The notes under the pieces: generated by a model
Seen by the model: only the letters and a program-made list of their open reading frames with translations
What the model was told of the DNA's origin: nothing
Database searches by the model: none
Shown: positions 55,832-64,000 of the stretch, piece by piece
Position numbering within the stretch: position 1 is the first letter of the stretch
How the letters are laid out: every line of letters starts with the position of its first letter
Source: Bryobacteraceae bacterium
GTDB taxonomy: Bacteria > Acidobacteriota > Terriglobia > Bryobacterales > Bryobacteraceae
DNA length: 64,000 nt
NCBI GenBank assembly: GCA_035550475.1
Contig: DASZPB010000073.1
Coordinates: 76,224-140,223 of the forward strand
Reading direction: 5' to 3'
Program-made: the position numbers and the translations under genes

Positions 55832-56598
55832 GCCGTCTCGTTCATCTTCGCCATGCGCCGCTCCACCATTGAGGGGAACAGGCGCACGGCAGCCACCAGC
55901 AGCCATCCCGCACGCGGCGTCACGATCGTGCGCGCCTCCCGCTCCACGCCGCGGCGAATCGCTTGCGCGCACTGGCCGGCGGTTATGGCGAAGCGCCGGC
56001 TGCGAATCACGGCCGGCGGAGCTTTTCCGGCGCGCACGTGCTGCTGGAAGCCGGTCTTCACATAGCCGGGGCAGACCAGCATGGTTTTCACGCCGCTGCC
56101 CATCAGCTCCATGCGCATGCCATCGGTGAGCGCGCCCAGGGCATACTTGGAGGCGCTGTAGAGCGTCATCCAGGGTAGCGTGAGTTTGCCGCCGATGGAG
56201 CTCACGTTGACGATCATCCCACCCCGGCCACGCATGTGCGGCGCCACGAGCTGCGCCATGCCGAGAGCGGCGAAAAAATTCAGCTCCATCAGGTGGCGTG
56301 CGGCCTCCATCGGCATGCTCCAGGAGGGAAGATAAAGCCCCATTCCCGCGTTGTTGATGAGTACGTCGATCGCGCCGAAATGTTCTAGCGTGCGCTCCAC
56401 AACATGCCGGCGCGTCTCTTCCGAAGTCAGATCGCCGGGCGTGACTAGCGCGGATGGGCCGCCGGCGGCGATGAGCCCTGCCTCAGAACGGGCCGTCAAG
56501 GATAGGCGCGCTCCAGCGCGCGCGAATTCCGCCGCACACGCGGCTCCGATGCCTTCGGAAGCTCCCGTGATGAGCACCACTTTGCCGTCGAGTCGCAT
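55828..56598 (-). CDS. Short-chain dehydrogenase/reductase (SDR)
   Basis: VVLITGASEGIGAA is the TGxxxGxG motif, with NNAG and the catalytic YSASKYAL (YxxxK). Confidence 0.88.
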   Translation of the reverse strand: MRLDGKVVLITGASEGIGAACAAEFARAGARLSLTARSEAGLIAAGGPSALVTPGDLTSEETRRHVVERTLEHFGAIDVLINNAGMGLYLPSWSMPMEAARHLMELNFFAALGMAQLVAPHMRGRGGMIVNVSSIGGKLTLPWMTLYSASKYALGALTDGMRMELMGSGVKTMLVCPGYVKTGFQQHVRAGKAPPAVIRSRRFAITAGQCAQAIRRGVEREARTIVTPRAGWLLVAAVRLFPSMVERRMAKMNETA

Positions 56599-56702
56599 GG
56601 AGTTGAAGCGGCCACCCGCGGCGCTTGCGATTCTGTGCGTCGAGCCGCAAGCTGGGAAGCCGGCAATTGCTGCGCATTCTATTGAGACGCCATAATGGTA
56701 GC

Positions 56703-57332
56703 ATGGCTTCGCGGCTTATTCCGCTGTTCCCATTGCAGGTTGTCGTCTTCCCGCGGACGCAGTTGCCGCTTCATATTTTTGAGGAGCGCTACAAGGAAAT
56801 GGTCGGCGAAGCGATCCGCGACAATTCCGAATTCGGTGTGGTGCTGGCGCGCAAAGACGGCATCGTAAATGCGGGTTGCACGGTGGTGATTGAGAAGGTC
56901 CTGGAGATGTATCCCGATGGACGCCTGGACGTGCTGACGCGCGGCCGCCGCCGATTCGAGATTCTGACGCTGAACGAGGAGAAGGATTACCTGCAGGCCG
57001 AGGTCAACTTCTTCGATGATGACGACTTCGCGCCCGCGCCCAACGAGTTGCGCGACGAGGCGCTCTCGCATTACCGCGCGCTGCATGAGCTGGAATCCGC
57101 GCGCGAGGCGGCTGACCCCGACATGGCCGACCCGCAGCTCAGTTTCCAGTTGGCGCAGGCGCTGCCCGACCTCGATTTCCAGAGCACGCTGCTGCGCCAT
57201 CGCTCCGAAACCGGCCGCCTGAAGGAATTCAACCATTATCTTTCGGAATACATCCCACGCCAACGCACCATCGAGCGAGTCAGGGAACTGGCGCCAACCA
57301 ATGGATTCGGCGGGAAACCTTCGGGACTGTAA
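56703..57332 (+). CDS. LON N-terminal substrate-binding domain protein
   Basis: ORF trimmed to ATG 56703. IPLFPLQVVVFPRTQLPLHIFEERYKEMV is the canonical start of the Lon N-domain (PUA-like fold). No ATPase or protease part follows. Confidence 0.8.
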   Translation: MASRLIPLFPLQVVVFPRTQLPLHIFEERYKEMVGEAIRDNSEFGVVLARKDGIVNAGCTVVIEKVLEMYPDGRLDVLTRGRRRFEILTLNEEKDYLQAEVNFFDDDDFAPAPNELRDEALSHYRALHELESAREAADPDMADPQLSFQLAQALPDLDFQSTLLRHRSETGRLKEFNHYLSEYIPRQRTIERVRELAPTNGFGGKPSGL

Positions 57333-57335
57333 CTC

Positions 57336-58970
57336 ATGGTGGTGGTCATCCGCGGCACCACAGAACCGTTACGGCGTTCGTTTTCATTTAGCGTCTCGGC
57401 GTGTTGCCACGGAGCCATTCTGATCTGGGTGGCGGTAGTGCCCGCGCTGCGCGCGCCGGAGCCGTCACTTTATGACCAGGTGATTCGCCCGGAAGAGAAT
57501 CATATTGTCTGGTACAACCTGCGCGAGCGGTTGCCCGACGTCACGCCTTCGGATCGCAAAGAGGCTCGCCCGGCGCGTGCGCGGATACGGTTTGACCAGA
57601 CGCTGGTCGCGAGCGCAAAGCGGCCCACGCCGGTGCGGCAGATGATTCTTTCGCCCGCGCCCGAAATCGAAATGCGGCACGAACTGCCTTCGCCGAACAT
57701 CCTGGCGTTCGCGCCGGAACCGCGCCCCGTGCGTTCGTTTACGCCGCCGAAAACATCGCGCCCCGCGCTGGTGAGCCCGGTTCTGCCTGTTCCGCCCGAG
57801 GCCGCGCGCGTGCCGGTCACTCCTGCTGCACCGAAGGAACTGGCGATAGCTCGCCTTGCCGCGCCACTGCTGCGCACGTTCATCGCTCCCGAAGTGAAGC
57901 GGCCCGTTGCCGAGAAGACAGTCCTGGCTCCCGCGCCCGAATTGAGCACCGTCACAACGCCTGCCGGCGCGCCCGTAGACCTGAGCAAGATGGTAGCGGA
58001 GCCCAAGCCCGTGCGGTTGTTCAATCCGCCGCAACCTGCGACCGAACGCGTGCGAGTGGCGCGTCTTGCATCTCCTCCGCAAATACAGGATCGGACGTCT
58101 TCGTTGGCAGAGGCTCTGCCCGCGGTTTTGGAGACCGGGCCGCAAGCTAAGCCCGAATTCCGGCGGTTTGTGCCGCCTGCGAAATCCGCCGCTCCGCGCG
58201 CCGCGCCGACGCCGCTCCCCGCCGCGCCCGCACCCGTGGCGCAGCAGCCCACGGTGGCTTCGCTCGCGATCGTCGGTTTGAATCCGATGAAGAACGTTCG
58301 AGTGCCGAAGCCCGAAGGGTCGCATCCCGCGGAGTTTTCGGCCGCGCCCCAGGTTCGCCCGGAAGGCGGCGAGCCGGCCACGTCCGCGCGCATCGTGGTG
58401 CCGGGTTTATTGGCGCGCGGCAGCCCAAGGAACGAACCTCCGCCGCTCATCGCCGCGCTTTCACCAACCTCCCATCAGAATCTGGTAGCGGCGCTCCATC
58501 AGGCTGAACAATCGCCCACGCCGCGGCCCACGGGACCTTTGCACATCAGCCCATCGCCTGACCCGCGCATGAATGGGCGGCTGGTTTACACACTCGCCAT
58601 CCAGATGCCCAACGTCACGAGTTTCAGTGGAAGCTGGACCGTGTGGTTTGTCGAGCATGCTCCGGTTCCCGGCGCGCCCCCGCCCGATATGCGCCCGCCC
58701 AAGGCGCTCCGCAAGGTCGATCCGAAATACATTCGTTCGGCCGTCGATGAGGGCGTACAGGGAGACGTGCGTCTGGCCGCGGTGATCCGCCAGGATGGCC
58801 ACGTGGATTCCATCACGCTGCTCCAGCACCTCGACGACCGCCTCGACCGCAGTGCCGAAGAAGCACTCGGCAAGTGGATCTTCTCACCCGCGCTTCGCAA
58901 CGGCGTTCCCATCGATGTGGATGCCGTCTTCCAGATCCCTTTTCGCCTCGCCCCGCTATCGAAACAATGA
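57336..58970 (+). CDS. TonB-family protein (N-terminal TM anchor, long Pro-rich spacer, C-terminal TonB_C domain)
   Basis: The TM segment is FSVSACCHGAILIWVAVV. A Pro/Ala-rich region of about 350 aa follows. The C-terminal PKYIRSAVDEGVQGDVRLAAVIRQDGHVDSITLL...AEEALGKWIFSPALRNGVPIDV matches the TonB C-terminal fold pattern. Confidence 0.75.
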   Translation: MVVVIRGTTEPLRRSFSFSVSACCHGAILIWVAVVPALRAPEPSLYDQVIRPEENHIVWYNLRERLPDVTPSDRKEARPARARIRFDQTLVASAKRPTPVRQMILSPAPEIEMRHELPSPNILAFAPEPRPVRSFTPPKTSRPALVSPVLPVPPEAARVPVTPAAPKELAIARLAAPLLRTFIAPEVKRPVAEKTVLAPAPELSTVTTPAGAPVDLSKMVAEPKPVRLFNPPQPATERVRVARLASPPQIQDRTSSLAEALPAVLETGPQAKPEFRRFVPPAKSAAPRAAPTPLPAAPAPVAQQPTVASLAIVGLNPMKNVRVPKPEGSHPAEFSAAPQVRPEGGEPATSARIVVPGLLARGSPRNEPPPLIAALSPTSHQNLVAALHQAEQSPTPRPTGPLHISPSPDPRMNGRLVYTLAIQMPNVTSFSGSWTVWFVEHAPVPGAPPPDMRPPKALRKVDPKYIRSAVDEGVQGDVRLAAVIRQDGHVDSITLLQHLDDRLDRSAEEALGKWIFSPALRNGVPIDVDAVFQIPFRLAPLSKQ

Positions 58971-59653
58971 CGCGCCAACATTTAATCGTGGATGCCGATG
59001 ATACGCTTTGGGAGAATAATATCTACTTCGAGCGGGCCTTCGATGAGTTCGTCGAATTCCTGAACCACTCTTCGATGACGCCGCGGCAGATTCGCGACGT
59101 GCTGGATGAGATCGAAGCGGCCAATGCCAAGATCCACGGCTATGGCAGCCTGAATTTCGCGCGCAACCTGCGCCAGACGTATCAGCATTTGGTAGAGCGC
59201 GAAGTCCGCGAGGAAGATCTGGCGACTGTGATGAGCTTTGCCGAGCGCATTCTGGATTGCCCCATGGAGGTCATCGAAGGAGTCCGCGAGACGCTCGAAT
59301 ACCTCGCAGTGCGTCACGATCTCACGCTGTTTACCAAGGGTCATCCAGAAGAGCAGATTCTCAAAATCGGCCGCTCCGGTCTGGAAAGTTTTTTCCGGCA
59401 CACGGCCGTTGTGAAAGAGAAAGACGCCGGCGCGTACCGCCGTCTGGTAGGCGAGCGAGGCATGGACCCGGAACGCACATGGATGATCGGCAACAGTCCG
59501 AAATCTGACGTGAACCCGGCGATTGAGGCCGGCTTGAGCGCCGTCTTTGTGCCTCATGCGCACACCTGGGTGCTGGAGCGCGAGGAACTGAGGCCCGGCA
59601 GCGGGCGCCTCCTCGTGATCGAGCGGTTCGCCGATTTGTGTGCGCACTTTTAA
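58967..59653 (+). CDS. HAD-superfamily hydrolase
   Basis: ORF trimmed to ATG 58967 (an ATGA overlap with the TonB-like gene). Motif I LIVDADDTLWENN (DxDxT), with later LFTKG and MIGNSPKSD motifs. Confidence 0.8.
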   Translation: MTRQHLIVDADDTLWENNIYFERAFDEFVEFLNHSSMTPRQIRDVLDEIEAANAKIHGYGSLNFARNLRQTYQHLVEREVREEDLATVMSFAERILDCPMEVIEGVRETLEYLAVRHDLTLFTKGHPEEQILKIGRSGLESFFRHTAVVKEKDAGAYRRLVGERGMDPERTWMIGNSPKSDVNPAIEAGLSAVFVPHAHTWVLEREELRPGSGRLLVIERFADLCAHF

Positions 59654-59901
59654 CTCCGGGGAACGCCCTGCGCGGCGTGTACGATTTCGAACTTGAAACC
59701 AGACGTGATTTCCACACGTCCCAAGCAGCAGGTTTTTCGGTAGCGAATTCATCAGTGTCCCTCTCCGGGACGCGCAGCCTCGCGCCGCGCACAGCCGCTC
59801 TCTCACGGCCGGGTTCAGAGAGTTTCTGAGGCCGCCACGTCCAACCGCGGTCGCCGATGGGACCGATTCACTACAAACAGCAGGCGCCATAGGAGACACG
59901 C

Positions 59902-60882
59902 ATGAAGGCCACGCTCACCGCGTTGCTGGCACTCACACTTGTGGGTACCGCCAGCTTTGCAAAAGACAAAAAACTGGGTCCGGAGGATATCGGGAATTCA
60001 GATCCCGGCAAGGGCGTCGATTTCTACTCCATCGAACGTGAGATTGCGCTCGGCAAGCAGATGGCGCAGGAGGTTGAGCGCGAAGCAAAGCTCATCGATG
60101 ACCCGATGGTCACCGAGTACGTGAATCGGCTCGGCCAGAACCTGGTGCGAAATTCCGATGCTAAGGTGCCCTTCACCATCAAAGTCATCGATTCGAATGA
60201 GGTGAACGCATTCGCTCTGCCTGGCGGCTTTATGTTCGTGAATACCGGTCTCATTTTGAAAGCCGATAACGAAGCGGAACTGGCGGGTGTGCTGTCGCAC
60301 GAAATCGCGCACGTCGCCGCGCGGCACGGCACCAAGCAGGCCACTCGCGGGCAGATCATGAACATCGCCAGCATTCCGCTGATCTTTATGGGCGGTTGGG
60401 CCGGTTATGCCGTGCGCCAGGCCGCGGGTCTCGCCGTGCCTCTCGGTTTCCTGAAGTTCTCACGCGGCATGGAAGCGGAGGCGGATCACCTGGGCCTGGA
60501 GTACATGTACAAGGCGGGTTATGACCCTACGGCATTTGTCGATTTCTTCGAGCGAATCGAGACGTTGGAAAAGAAGAAGCCCGGCATGGTCGCCAAAGTT
60601 TTCTCCACACATCCAATGACCAATGACCGGATCAAAAAAGCGCAAGACGAAATTCAGAACGACCTCAAGCCGCAGCCCGAGTACGTGGTTGATACGTCCG
60701 AATTCCACGAGGTGCGCGATCGTCTTGCCATGATCGAAAATCGCCACAAAGGCGACACCGGCAAGGACGCGAATGCGCCTACGCTGAAGCGCCGCAATTC
60801 GAGCAAGATCGATGAGAACGGCAGTTCTACCAAGAGCGGTGACGATGGCGACGATCGTCCGACACTGAAACGCCGCGACTGA
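59902..60882 (+). CDS. M48-family zinc metallopeptidase (secreted/lipoprotein-like)
   Basis: Signal peptide MKATLTALLALTLVGTASFA. HEIAHVAARH is the HExxH motif, and a downstream GMEAEADHLG supplies the third ligand Glu. It has a charged C-terminal tail. Confidence 0.88.
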   Translation: MKATLTALLALTLVGTASFAKDKKLGPEDIGNSDPGKGVDFYSIEREIALGKQMAQEVEREAKLIDDPMVTEYVNRLGQNLVRNSDAKVPFTIKVIDSNEVNAFALPGGFMFVNTGLILKADNEAELAGVLSHEIAHVAARHGTKQATRGQIMNIASIPLIFMGGWAGYAVRQAAGLAVPLGFLKFSRGMEAEADHLGLEYMYKAGYDPTAFVDFFERIETLEKKKPGMVAKVFSTHPMTNDRIKKAQDEIQNDLKPQPEYVVDTSEFHEVRDRLAMIENRHKGDTGKDANAPTLKRRNSSKIDENGSSTKSGDDGDDRPTLKRRD

Positions 60883-61002
60883 GATGCATCGCGCACGGGC
60901 GCAGAATTAGAAAATTGTTCGATTGCGCGCAAGCGATGTGAGTGTTCGTCCGAAACCTTGCGGGCCGTCCGGCACTTGCCCGTTGCAACGCGGGCGTAGC
61001 CG

Positions 61003-61650
61003 TTGTCTACTGCTGGTGTGGGTCTGAAGCTATTGCCTGTGGCGCTTCTGTGCGCTTCGGCCGCGTTCGCGAGCCAGTGGGAAATCGGCGGTGCTGCCGG
61101 TTATGGTGCTTACCACGATGTCAGCGTGATCGCGCCCAACGGTACGGCTGAGGCCGGCATTCGCAACCGGTTCGTGCTCAGTGCTGTGTTCGGCGAGGAT
61201 CTCTATCAACACCTTTCCGGCGAAGTCCGCTATCTCTACCAGGATGGCGATCCATTCGTTTCGGCCGGCGGCATACGGGGCAACGTGCAAGGGCAATCGC
61301 ATGCCCTCGACTACTCCCTGCTGTTTCAGTTTCGCGACCGCGAGCGGAAGCTTCGGCCGTACGTTTCGATGGGCGTGGGCGCCAAGTATTATCGCGTTTC
61401 CGGACCTGAACCGTTTCCGCAGCCTCTGCCGGATATCGCCGCTCTCACCCGCCATAGCCAGTGGCGCGCGCTCGCGACTCCCGGCGCGGGCCTGAAGTAC
61501 CGCGCCGGCAGACGCCTGCTGATTCGCGGAGATTTTCGCGACTACATCACGGGCTTTCCCACGCGTGTGATTGCGCCCGTGCTGCACGGCACCGGGCATG
61601 GTATCTTCCAGCAATTCACGATTTTGGTGGGCGCCAGCTACTGGTTCTGA
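61003..61650 (+). CDS. Outer-membrane beta-barrel protein (OmpW/OmpA-beta-barrel-like)
   Basis: Signal peptide (V)GLKLLPVALLCASAAFASQ, with the likely start at GTG 61018. It has alternating amphipathic strands and a terminal aromatic ...LVGASYWF, typical of OM beta-barrels. Confidence 0.7.
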   Translation: MSTAGVGLKLLPVALLCASAAFASQWEIGGAAGYGAYHDVSVIAPNGTAEAGIRNRFVLSAVFGEDLYQHLSGEVRYLYQDGDPFVSAGGIRGNVQGQSHALDYSLLFQFRDRERKLRPYVSMGVGAKYYRVSGPEPFPQPLPDIAALTRHSQWRALATPGAGLKYRAGRRLLIRGDFRDYITGFPTRVIAPVLHGTGHGIFQQFTILVGASYWF

Positions 61651-62385
61651 CTACATGTACATGCCGCCATTGACGGCGAGCACGTGCCCGGTGATGTAAG
61701 CTGCGTCATCGCCGGCGAGGAAGCGAACCGCGCCCGCCACTTCTTCGGGCGAGCCGATGCGGCCGAGCGGGATCGAAGAGAGAATCTTCTGCTTTAACTC
61801 GGCGGGCAGATCTTTCGTCATGTCGGTTTCGATGTAGCCCGGCGCGACGACGTTCACGGTGATGCCGCGGCTGCCCATTTCCTGCGCCAGAGCCTTCGTC
61901 ATGCCGATCATGCCCGCTTTCGATGCCGCGTAATTCGCCTGCCCGGCGCTGCCTGCCTGCCCGACTACCGACGAAATGTTGATCACGCGGCCCCAGCGGT
62001 TGCGCATCATTCCCGGCAAAACCTGTTGGATTGCCAGAAAAGCGCCGCTCAGATTTACTTGCAGCACGGAATTCCAATCGTCCGCCTTCATGCGTACAGA
62101 CAGGCCATCGCGCGTGATGCCTGCGTTGTTCACCAGCACGTCGATGCGGTTCTTTTCTTTCAACGCGCGAGCGAAAGCGCTCTTGATGGAATCCACGTCG
62201 CGCAAATCCAGATTGAGGAAGAGCGCGCCGGGACAGACAGTCCGCAGTTCCTCCATTACCGCGCCGTTCGTTTCAATGGCCGTAGCGGCTGCCACCAGAT
62301 CATACCCCGCGCCGGCCAGCGCCAGGGCCGATGCGCGGCCGATGCCGCGGCTCGCGCCGGTAACGAACGCAACTCGGTTGAACAT
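61651..62385 (-). CDS. fabG: 3-oxoacyl-[acyl-carrier-protein] reductase
   Basis: VAFVTGASRGIGRA, NNAGITRDG, GRVINISSVVGQAGSAGQANYAASKAG and the C-terminal YITGHVLAVNGGMYM are near-canonical FabG. Confidence 0.9.
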   Translation of the reverse strand: MFNRVAFVTGASRGIGRASALALAGAGYDLVAAATAIETNGAVMEELRTVCPGALFLNLDLRDVDSIKSAFARALKEKNRIDVLVNNAGITRDGLSVRMKADDWNSVLQVNLSGAFLAIQQVLPGMMRNRWGRVINISSVVGQAGSAGQANYAASKAGMIGMTKALAQEMGSRGITVNVVAPGYIETDMTKDLPAELKQKILSSIPLGRIGSPEEVAGAVRFLAGDDAAYITGHVLAVNGGMYM

Positions 62386-62431
62386 TCCTTCTCCTTGGGA
62401 TGTACTGGTGTATTAAGCTCAATCATAACTT

Positions 62432-63877
62432 ATGGCCTATCGCGACCTGCGCGAATTCATCCGCGCGCTCGAAAAGAATCACGAACTGAAACGCATTCCG
62501 TTCGAAGTGGACCCTGTTCTCGAAATCACCGAATTCGCCGACCGCGCCGTAAAACAGGGTGGACCTGCGCTGTTGTTTGAGAAACCGAAAGGGTCCGCCG
62601 TACCGGTGCTCATCAACGCCTTCGCTTCCATGCGGAAGATGGAAATCGCGCTTGAAGTGGAATCGGTGGAGGAAATCGCCGCGCGCATTGTTGAGTTCCT
62701 CGAGATGCGCATGCCCGAAGGCCTCCTCGGAAAGATCAAGATGCTGCCGAAGCTCGCGGAGATGGGCGCTTTCTTTCCGCGTACGGTTTCGAAGGGCGGC
62801 TGCCAGGAAGTAATCCGCACGAGCGGTTTTTCCCTATTCGACTACCCTGTGCTCCAGTGTTGGCCCGACGACGGCGGCCGTTTCATCACCCTGCCGCTGG
62901 TGTTTTCGCGCAACCCCGATAGCGGCAAACGCAACTGCGGCATGTACCGCATGCAGGTCTACGACGACCGCACCGCCGGCATGCACTGGCAGACACACAA
63001 GCAGGGCGCTGAACACTACCGGCGCATGCGCCAGCATGGGCTCACGCGCATGGACGTCGCCGTCGCCATCGGCTCCGACCCCGCCACGATGTATTCGGCC
63101 ATTCTGCCGCTGCCGCCTGATCTTGACGAAATGATGATCGCAGGCTTCCTGCGGCAGAGCCCCGTCGAAATGGTGAAGTGCCAGACTTCGGACCTGGAAG
63201 TGCCGGCCAATGCCGAGATCGTGCTGGAAGGCTACGTGGAGTTGGGTGAACTGCGCACTGAAGGCCCATTCGGCGACCATACCGGCTTCTACTCGCTGGC
63301 CGACGATTACCCGGTGTTCCACGTCACGTGCGTGACGCAACGCAAGGAGCCTGTTTACGCAACGACCATTGTGGGACCACCGCCGATGGAAGACTACTAC
63401 ATGGGCAAGGCCATCGAGCGCATTTTTCTGCCCTTGATGCGGTTGCAGCTTCCCGAGGTGCGTGACATCGCCATGCCGCCGGAAGGCGTGTTTCACAACC
63501 TGATTCTGGTTTCGATACGGAAGTCATACCCCGGCCACGCGCGCAAAGTGATGCACTCGATTTGGGGCACCGGGCAAGCCATGTTTTCCAAGTGCATCAT
63601 CGTGGTGGATGAGGATGTAGACGTCCAGAATTATCGCGAGGTAGCGTGGAAGGCGCTGAACAACATCGACCCGCAGCGCGATATCGAATTCGCTCTCGGC
63701 CCCGTGGATTCGCTCGACCATTCGAGCCGCCTGCCAAACTTCGGTTCGAAAATGGGCGTCGACGCCACTCGCAAATGGCCCGGCGAAGGCTTCACGCGTC
63801 CGTGGCCCGAGGTCATCGAGATGAGCGTCGAAGTGAAGCAGCGCGTCGACGATCTTTGGAAAAAGGCCGGGCTGTAA
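62432..63877 (+). CDS. UbiD-family (prenylated-FMN dependent) decarboxylase
   Basis: 481 aa. The N-terminal YRDLREFIRALEKNHELKRI, with NCGMYRMQV, EGPFGDHTGFY and PPEGVFHNLILVSI, matches the UbiD family. Ubiquinone versus menaquinone role not decidable. Confidence 0.88.
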   Translation: MAYRDLREFIRALEKNHELKRIPFEVDPVLEITEFADRAVKQGGPALLFEKPKGSAVPVLINAFASMRKMEIALEVESVEEIAARIVEFLEMRMPEGLLGKIKMLPKLAEMGAFFPRTVSKGGCQEVIRTSGFSLFDYPVLQCWPDDGGRFITLPLVFSRNPDSGKRNCGMYRMQVYDDRTAGMHWQTHKQGAEHYRRMRQHGLTRMDVAVAIGSDPATMYSAILPLPPDLDEMMIAGFLRQSPVEMVKCQTSDLEVPANAEIVLEGYVELGELRTEGPFGDHTGFYSLADDYPVFHVTCVTQRKEPVYATTIVGPPPMEDYYMGKAIERIFLPLMRLQLPEVRDIAMPPEGVFHNLILVSIRKSYPGHARKVMHSIWGTGQAMFSKCIIVVDEDVDVQNYREVAWKALNNIDPQRDIEFALGPVDSLDHSSRLPNFGSKMGVDATRKWPGEGFTRPWPEVIEMSVEVKQRVDDLWKKAGL

Positions 63878-63880
63878 CTT

Positions 63881-64000
63881 ATGCGCCCGCCGCTCGTCTA
63901 TGCGCTGCTCGGCTGCGCGGTGGCGCTGGGCTGGCAGGCGCTCACGGTCACTTACAACTACCGCGGCGATTGGTCTTCGCTCTTCGATACCGGCGCGGCG
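63881..64000 (+). CDS. Start of a hydrophobic (membrane/secreted) protein, truncated by window end
   Basis: ATG 63881 lies 3 nt after the UbiD-family stop. The translation MRPPLVYALLGCAVALGWQALTVTYNYRGDWSSLFDTGA stays open to the window edge. Only 40 codons are visible. Confidence 0.3.
   Translation, partial: MRPPLVYALLGCAVALGWQALTVTYNYRGDWSSLFDTGAA

Noticed and set aside
1-64000. A search for CRISPR arrays, IS elements or transposases, rRNA or tRNA genes, and toxin-antitoxin pairs.
   Set aside because: By reading I found no regularly spaced direct repeats, no DDE/HUH/serine/tyrosine recombinase-like ORFs, no rRNA/tRNA signatures and no small two-gene TA-like pairs.

Overview
This is a visibly GC-rich, densely coding bacterial chromosomal segment with about 70 protein genes on both strands. 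Many genes are joined by 1-4 nt start/stop overlaps. I found no rRNA, tRNA, CRISPR array, transposase, integrase or recognisable prophage. The gene content would fit a soil Acidobacteriota-like organism, but that is inference only: three ECF sigma/anti-sigma modules in 64 kb, LiaF/LiaG-like DUF4097 proteins, a Pro-rich TonB-like protein, an FHA-GAF-PP2C phosphatase and a PL4-type lyase. The housekeeping backbone is holA (partial), rpsT, uppS, queC/queE, glgA, trxA, gpsA/plsY, thpR, mpg, thrB, mutL, rpoD, nrdR, aroK, fabG and a UbiD-family decarboxylase. It also holds a complete 13-gene NADH:quinone oxidoreductase operon, nuoA-B-CD-E-F-G-H-I-J-K-L-M-N (23963-38191). The least explained, accessory-looking part is 623-5399. 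It starts with a 0.6 kb hairpin-rich stretch without a convincing ORF. A tightly linked gene pair follows. Gene 1 encodes a Gly/Asp-rich beta-solenoid repeat protein with no signal peptide, ending in a phage tail-fibre-type (peptidase G2-like, D-x-A-E) intramolecular-chaperone/autocleavage domain. Gene 2 encodes an oversized but motif-complete metallophosphoesterase. A membrane protein plus winged-helix regulator pair comes next. The second candidate system is a five-gene, overlap-coupled ECF-sigma operon (48622-52295) with a B-box-type zinc-finger membrane protein and LiaF/LiaG-like partners. Also notable is a cupin gene whose stop codon overlaps the nuoA start. All family assignments come from reading the translated ORFs and from memory of conserved motifs; nothing was searched or computed.
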